DNA from: a virus
Reading direction: 5' to 3' (one strand)
DNA: 64,000 nt
IMG/VR virus record: IMGVR_UViG_3300025508_002497
Location: 1 to 64,000 of that record
In this document: positions 60,129 to 64,000 of the stretch, one piece after another
How the letters are laid out: each line of letters starts with the position of its first letter
Position numbering within the stretch: position 1 is the first letter of the stretch
The notes under the pieces: model-generated
Seen by the model: only the letters and a program-made list of their open reading frames with translations
The model's database searches: none
What the model was told of the DNA's origin: nothing
Made by a program: the position numbers and the translations under genes

Positions 60129-63100
60129 TTAGATAAATCTCATTTCGTAAACATTGTCTCTTTGTGTAATTAAAATCTTCACATCAGTATTTATTCGTCT
60201 AAAATCTCGTCCGCCGGCGGGAAGTCTTGGAATCCCGGGATTGTTGGTAGTAAACGGATTATTCCACTCCGAAGGAACACGGGGATCCTTGATTGCTGGT
60301 CCCCACACCTCTGCTGCACGATCCTTACAAACTCCATTTCCTCCACCTGAACTAGCGGTTGAGTTTGAACCCAAACCATTTCCTCCAGTAGCAGGAACTC
60401 CTATTGGTGAGGATGCTGGTTGAGTTCCTTGACAACTCGATCCAACTTGATCCGATCCAAAACCTTTGGGTGCTTTTGTTCTGTCGTGAATAAATCGGCA
60501 ACTACTAAAGACGTATTGTTCACATGGACCATCGGGACAAGTACTAAATGTTGGCGGGGGAAGACAGTTACAACCCTCACATGCTGTGAGTTCTGATATA
60601 TCATCTAGAGTTCCTGCTGTTGCTTTCGTTGTATTGTTTTTAAACGGATCACATGGTCTACCGTCCTGTTCGCAAATGGTCTGCTTATCGCATTGTCCAC
60701 ATACACTCTCTGCTTCACGAACTGGATCTACACAAGCGGCAGGTTCAGTTGTATTACCATCTACAATATTACACCAATCAGTAATATCGTTCAAATTGTT
60801 TGAACAGGCGGATGGGAACCCGCCACCGTCACCACATTGCTCTGTCTTGTGATAGAAAACACCAAGTTCTTCTAGTTTTACTCTATCCTCCATAGGACAT
60901 GGTTTCGCCTTACATCCGCCAGGGTTCTTGCAACAATCTTGCCATCTATAGGGAAGTTCAAGACCTTGTGGAGTGACATAAGGTCTTCCACTTTCTCTTA
61001 CCTTATGATCCGTTGGATCAAAAACATCGTTAGGATATTGACTTGGTTTATATGGACCACTTCTACCGTCCCAAGGTCGGTTCCAGCCTGGAATGTCACC
61101 ATCAAAATCACAGTTACTGCAAGTTATTTTAATATCATCCACTATACAGTCTTCACACGAATTCGCATTACTAGTACTGAATACATCGTTGTTAGGACAG
61201 AACAGAGTCCAATACATGCAACAACATGCACCAATGAACTTAGTTTTAGGACAACCAGACATAAAGCAAGGATCAGTACTGAACTTCCCCTTACATCCTG
61301 TATTAGTGTTTGGGTTATAGGCTGAGTTGTTTCTTGATACGATGAAAGATCCATCATAGCAGTTACCACCAAAGAAACAGCAAGAACCAGTTAACCAGTC
61401 GCTGCGTGGATCTATTCCACCGCCGCCACCTCCGCCGCCGACGCCACCAAAGCCTCCGAATCCTGCGAAGTCAAAACCATCACTATCTCTCTCTGGTTTG
61501 ATACCATCATCATCATCATCATCATCATCACAACCGTCCGGACCTGGCGGTTGTCCAGTTTCTTCACAACAATCCACGGGACCATTACAACCACACCCCG
61601 GTGGATCATCACAACAATCATCTCCATCACAACAGTCATTTCCTGCATCCGGATCACAACAAGGACTTCGATTTGGATGTCCAGGCGGACAGTCACAACA
61701 ATCATCTTCTACACAGTCACAAGGACATTCTCCTGCTTGATAACAACTTACACTTTCGCATTGTGACTCATCACCCATGAACAGTCCACCAACAGCGGAA
61801 CATTGTTGTGGTGTTATATCATCAATACACTGATCCACACAAAGGCAACATGCTCCTCGATATTCTTTCTGAGGACAACAGATATCACAGTCTTCTACAT
61901 TTGGTGTCCACTCGCCACTGAATACATCGCATTGAACCTTTGTTGTGATTCCGAAACATTCACCAGAGAACTCGTTGCAGCAAGTACCAAACTCAAAAGG
62001 CTGACAAGCGTCAAGACCATCACAGATATCACAAGGAGTCTGTGGAGGTATTACGCTACTTTCTGGAACAAAGTAACCATTAATGAGATTACAAGAAAGT
62101 GCAGTTGCTGGTGTCAAACATATAGGTCTTGCTACTGTGTTTAATACTACACCTTCGCAATCTGCACAGTCGTCCTTGATTCCGCCAGGACATATAACCG
62201 AAGTAATATCATCAGGAAGATTTCCATATATTGTTAGACACGCACCATCAACTGAACAGTCTTGACAACATTTTTTACTGTTACCTCCCGTAAAACAGAA
62301 ATCTGGCTCACCAGCGTTGGGACTACTAGGGGGTAGGATGGGGGATCCACGGTCTGCACAAACCACACCGGGAATATAACCACCATCCAAAAAATTGCAC
62401 TGATCACGTTGACAACTGTCACTGATATTAACACAAACATGTCCTCCGTCTGGAATGCTTGCGTCGTACAAACAACAAGATCCGAGTTCTTGCGTACAAA
62501 CACCACAGTCTCCATCGGGACAACAGGACAGAGGATTTGCTTCACTACCACATTCACCAAAACAAGCCCATGACTGACATACTGGATTCTGATCGGGACA
62601 GTCGATGGTGCCGCCGTCAATCTGCTGACAATCGGGATCGTCTGGATTATCTACACAATAGCAGTTATCTTTTACTGGCCCATCACTATCATCACAAACA
62701 TATTCTATTGTAGTTTCTCCTACACCAGTGCAACATGCACCCTGTTCGCCCGCACCACAAACATCATCTGTTCTATTTGCACATGCAACATTTAGTTCAA
62801 ATGATCCTCCATCACCGAGACGATCACAATATTCTTCACTTACAAAATCAACGCAGTTCAAGTTATTACAACAAGAACCCAAGTTACTAGTCTTGAATAC
62901 ATCAACATCCCACCCATAACCAGTCATTGTTGCATACCAAGTTTCACCATTATCAATAGATGCTAAGTTTACAATATCAATACCACTAGTGAAAGTTGGT
63001 TTTCCTGCGAAGAAAACATTATCAGGGAATGCTATATTTTCTGGTCCGCCTTCTACGACTATGGTGATGTTTTTCATTTCAGCATAATCAAGACCGTCAT

Positions 63101-64000
63101 CTGCGGCGAGTGAAAGGCCAGGACGTTGCTCGTATGACCAAGTAATACCTGCGATCTGGAAAGGTGCTTGCACCTGAAAGAAGTTGGTATTTGTGATATC
63201 TAGATTTATTCTACCCGTAACTGTTTCTATTGAAGTTGTTGCAGAACCACATGTATTAGTACAACACTGAGTTTCAGTATGGTCACAACCACAAACAGAT
63301 TTACAACCAATCTGAAATCCATACTCAGGCTTTAGATCGACTTGATCTTCACCACAAGAAGGCATAACAACCATACGAATCTTACCATACCAAGGATCTA
63401 AAGTATTCTCAGACTCGAACATGTCTTGGGTGATTCGTAAACAATAAGATGCGGCAGTATATCCTGCAATCTTAAGTGGACCAGCAGTGCAGAAATCTTT
63501 GCCTCTGAACTTTGCTCCTATGAAATCATCGTTGGATCTACATCCACTATCATAGATTATGGTTGGGTGTTGACCTTGATCAGTATCAGAATCAGATGGA
63601 CAAGGAATCGGATCGCCTGAATCTGCTACGTTCCAAGTTTGTGGGTGGACATTAGACTCAAAACCATCACCAGAAAAATATCCTTCTGATGCGTTGATGT
63701 ATGGAGTATTGAAGTTAACAATATCTCGTCTAGTTTCCTCATCACCATATCCTTCATCAGAGAAAGATACAGTTCCCGAAAGAGGATCGTCAAAGTTAAT
63801 CTCTGTCGCACCCCATAAAGGATATTTAAGTTTCTCTGTTATAGTTGTATTTGGATGTTTTGTTCTTAGTAAAACAATACGATCTTCTTGATTTTCTGTT
63901 GTGACACTTATACACAGATTTCCGTATGTGATACCATCACCATCAACGTATCGACATATGGAGGATACATCTAAAATATACTCTCTTAGATTATCATTGC
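60129..64000 (-). CDS. Very large Cys-rich 'GACC'-repeat protein, 5' partial (at least ~1290 aa)
   Basis: Manual translation shows the frame stays open from 63422 to the window edge. Many G[AST]CC repeats, a fibre-type NFF...P.FT.G.DI...DNG.TWY domain, and poly-Asp/poly-Gly tracts. Confidence 0.8.
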   Translation of the reverse strand, partial: NDNLREYILDVSSICRYVDGDGITYGNLCISVTTENQEDRIVLLRTKHPNTTITEKLKYPLWGATEINFDDPLSGTVSFSDEGYGDEETRRDIVNFNTPYINASEGYFSGDGFESNVHPQTWNVADSGDPIPCPSDSDTDQGQHPTIIYDSGCRSNDDFIGAKFRGKDFCTAGPLKIAGYTAASYCLRITQDMFESENTLDPWYGKIRMVVMPSCGEDQVDLKPEYGFQIGCKSVCGCDHTETQCCTNTCGSATTSIETVTGRINLDITNTNFFQVQAPFQIAGITWSYEQRPGLSLAADDGLDYAEMKNITIVVEGGPENIAFPDNVFFAGKPTFTSGIDIVNLASIDNGETWYATMTGYGWDVDVFKTSNLGSCCNNLNCVDFVSEEYCDRLGDGGSFELNVACANRTDDVCGAGEQGACCTGVGETTIEYVCDDSDGPVKDNCYCVDNPDDPDCQQIDGGTIDCPDQNPVCQSWACFGECGSEANPLSCCPDGDCGVCTQELGSCCLYDASIPDGGHVCVNISDSCQRDQCNFLDGGYIPGVVCADRGSPILPPSSPNAGEPDFCFTGGNSKKCCQDCSVDGACLTIYGNLPDDITSVICPGGIKDDCADCEGVVLNTVARPICLTPATALSCNLINGYFVPESSVIPPQTPCDICDGLDACQPFEFGTCCNEFSGECFGITTKVQCDVFSGEWTPNVEDCDICCPQKEYRGACCLCVDQCIDDITPQQCSAVGGLFMGDESQCESVSCYQAGECPCDCVEDDCCDCPPGHPNRSPCCDPDAGNDCCDGDDCCDDPPGCGCNGPVDCCEETGQPPGPDGCDDDDDDDDGIKPERDSDGFDFAGFGGFGGVGGGGGGGGIDPRSDWLTGSCCFFGGNCYDGSFIVSRNNSAYNPNTNTGCKGKFSTDPCFMSGCPKTKFIGACCCMYWTLFCPNNDVFSTSNANSCEDCIVDDIKITCSNCDFDGDIPGWNRPWDGRSGPYKPSQYPNDVFDPTDHKVRESGRPYVTPQGLELPYRWQDCCKNPGGCKAKPCPMEDRVKLEELGVFYHKTEQCGDGGGFPSACSNNLNDITDWCNIVDGNTTEPAACVDPVREAESVCGQCDKQTICEQDGRPCDPFKNNTTKATAGTLDDISELTACEGCNCLPPPTFSTCPDGPCEQYVFSSCRFIHDRTKAPKGFGSDQVGSSCQGTQPASSPIGVPATGGNGLGSNSTASSGGGNGVCKDRAAEVWGPAIKDPRVPSEWNNPFTTNNPGIPRLPAGGRDFRRINTDVKILITQRDNVYEMRFI

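Noticed and set aside
61420-61530. (CAT)n and (CCG)n microsatellite-like tracts as phase-variation switches
   Set aside because: Triplet units encoding poly-Asp and poly-Gly linkers; slippage would not shift the frame.

Overview
The window is a 64-kb segment of a large T4-like (myovirus) bacteriophage genome. All credible genes lie on the minus strand, and the standard genetic code gives intact ORFs. In transcription order (right to left) it holds: two giant Cys-rich 'GACC'-repeat proteins, one with an LRR domain; the T4 morphogenesis block (gp13-14-15-16-17-18-19-20-67/68-like-21-22-23-3); uvsY, uvsW, an HNH gene, and gp55-47-46; an inserted block (COLGALT-like glycosyltransferase, PLP enzyme, methyltransferase, collagen fibre module 1); gp45-44-groES-62-regA; a ~17-kb island of 23 genes, mostly for glycan biosynthesis; and collagen fibre module 2. 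The most interesting signal is an apparent phage-encoded virion glycosylation system. Its parts are BclA-like Gly-X-Thr and animal-like Gly-X-Lys collagens, a GT2-TPR and a GT-D protein glycosyltransferase, homologues of both halves of animal procollagen galactosyltransferase as separate genes, a candidate nucleotide-sugar pathway built from non-canonical enzymes, and G-x-T motifs in variable regions of core virion proteins. Other signals are a type-1-copper cupredoxin motif inside a fibre, a 63-bp exact repeat shared by two fibre genes 26 kb apart, hairpin-gated late promoters, and a consensus sigma70 promoter pointing antisense. All assignments come from motif recognition by eye; no searches were run.
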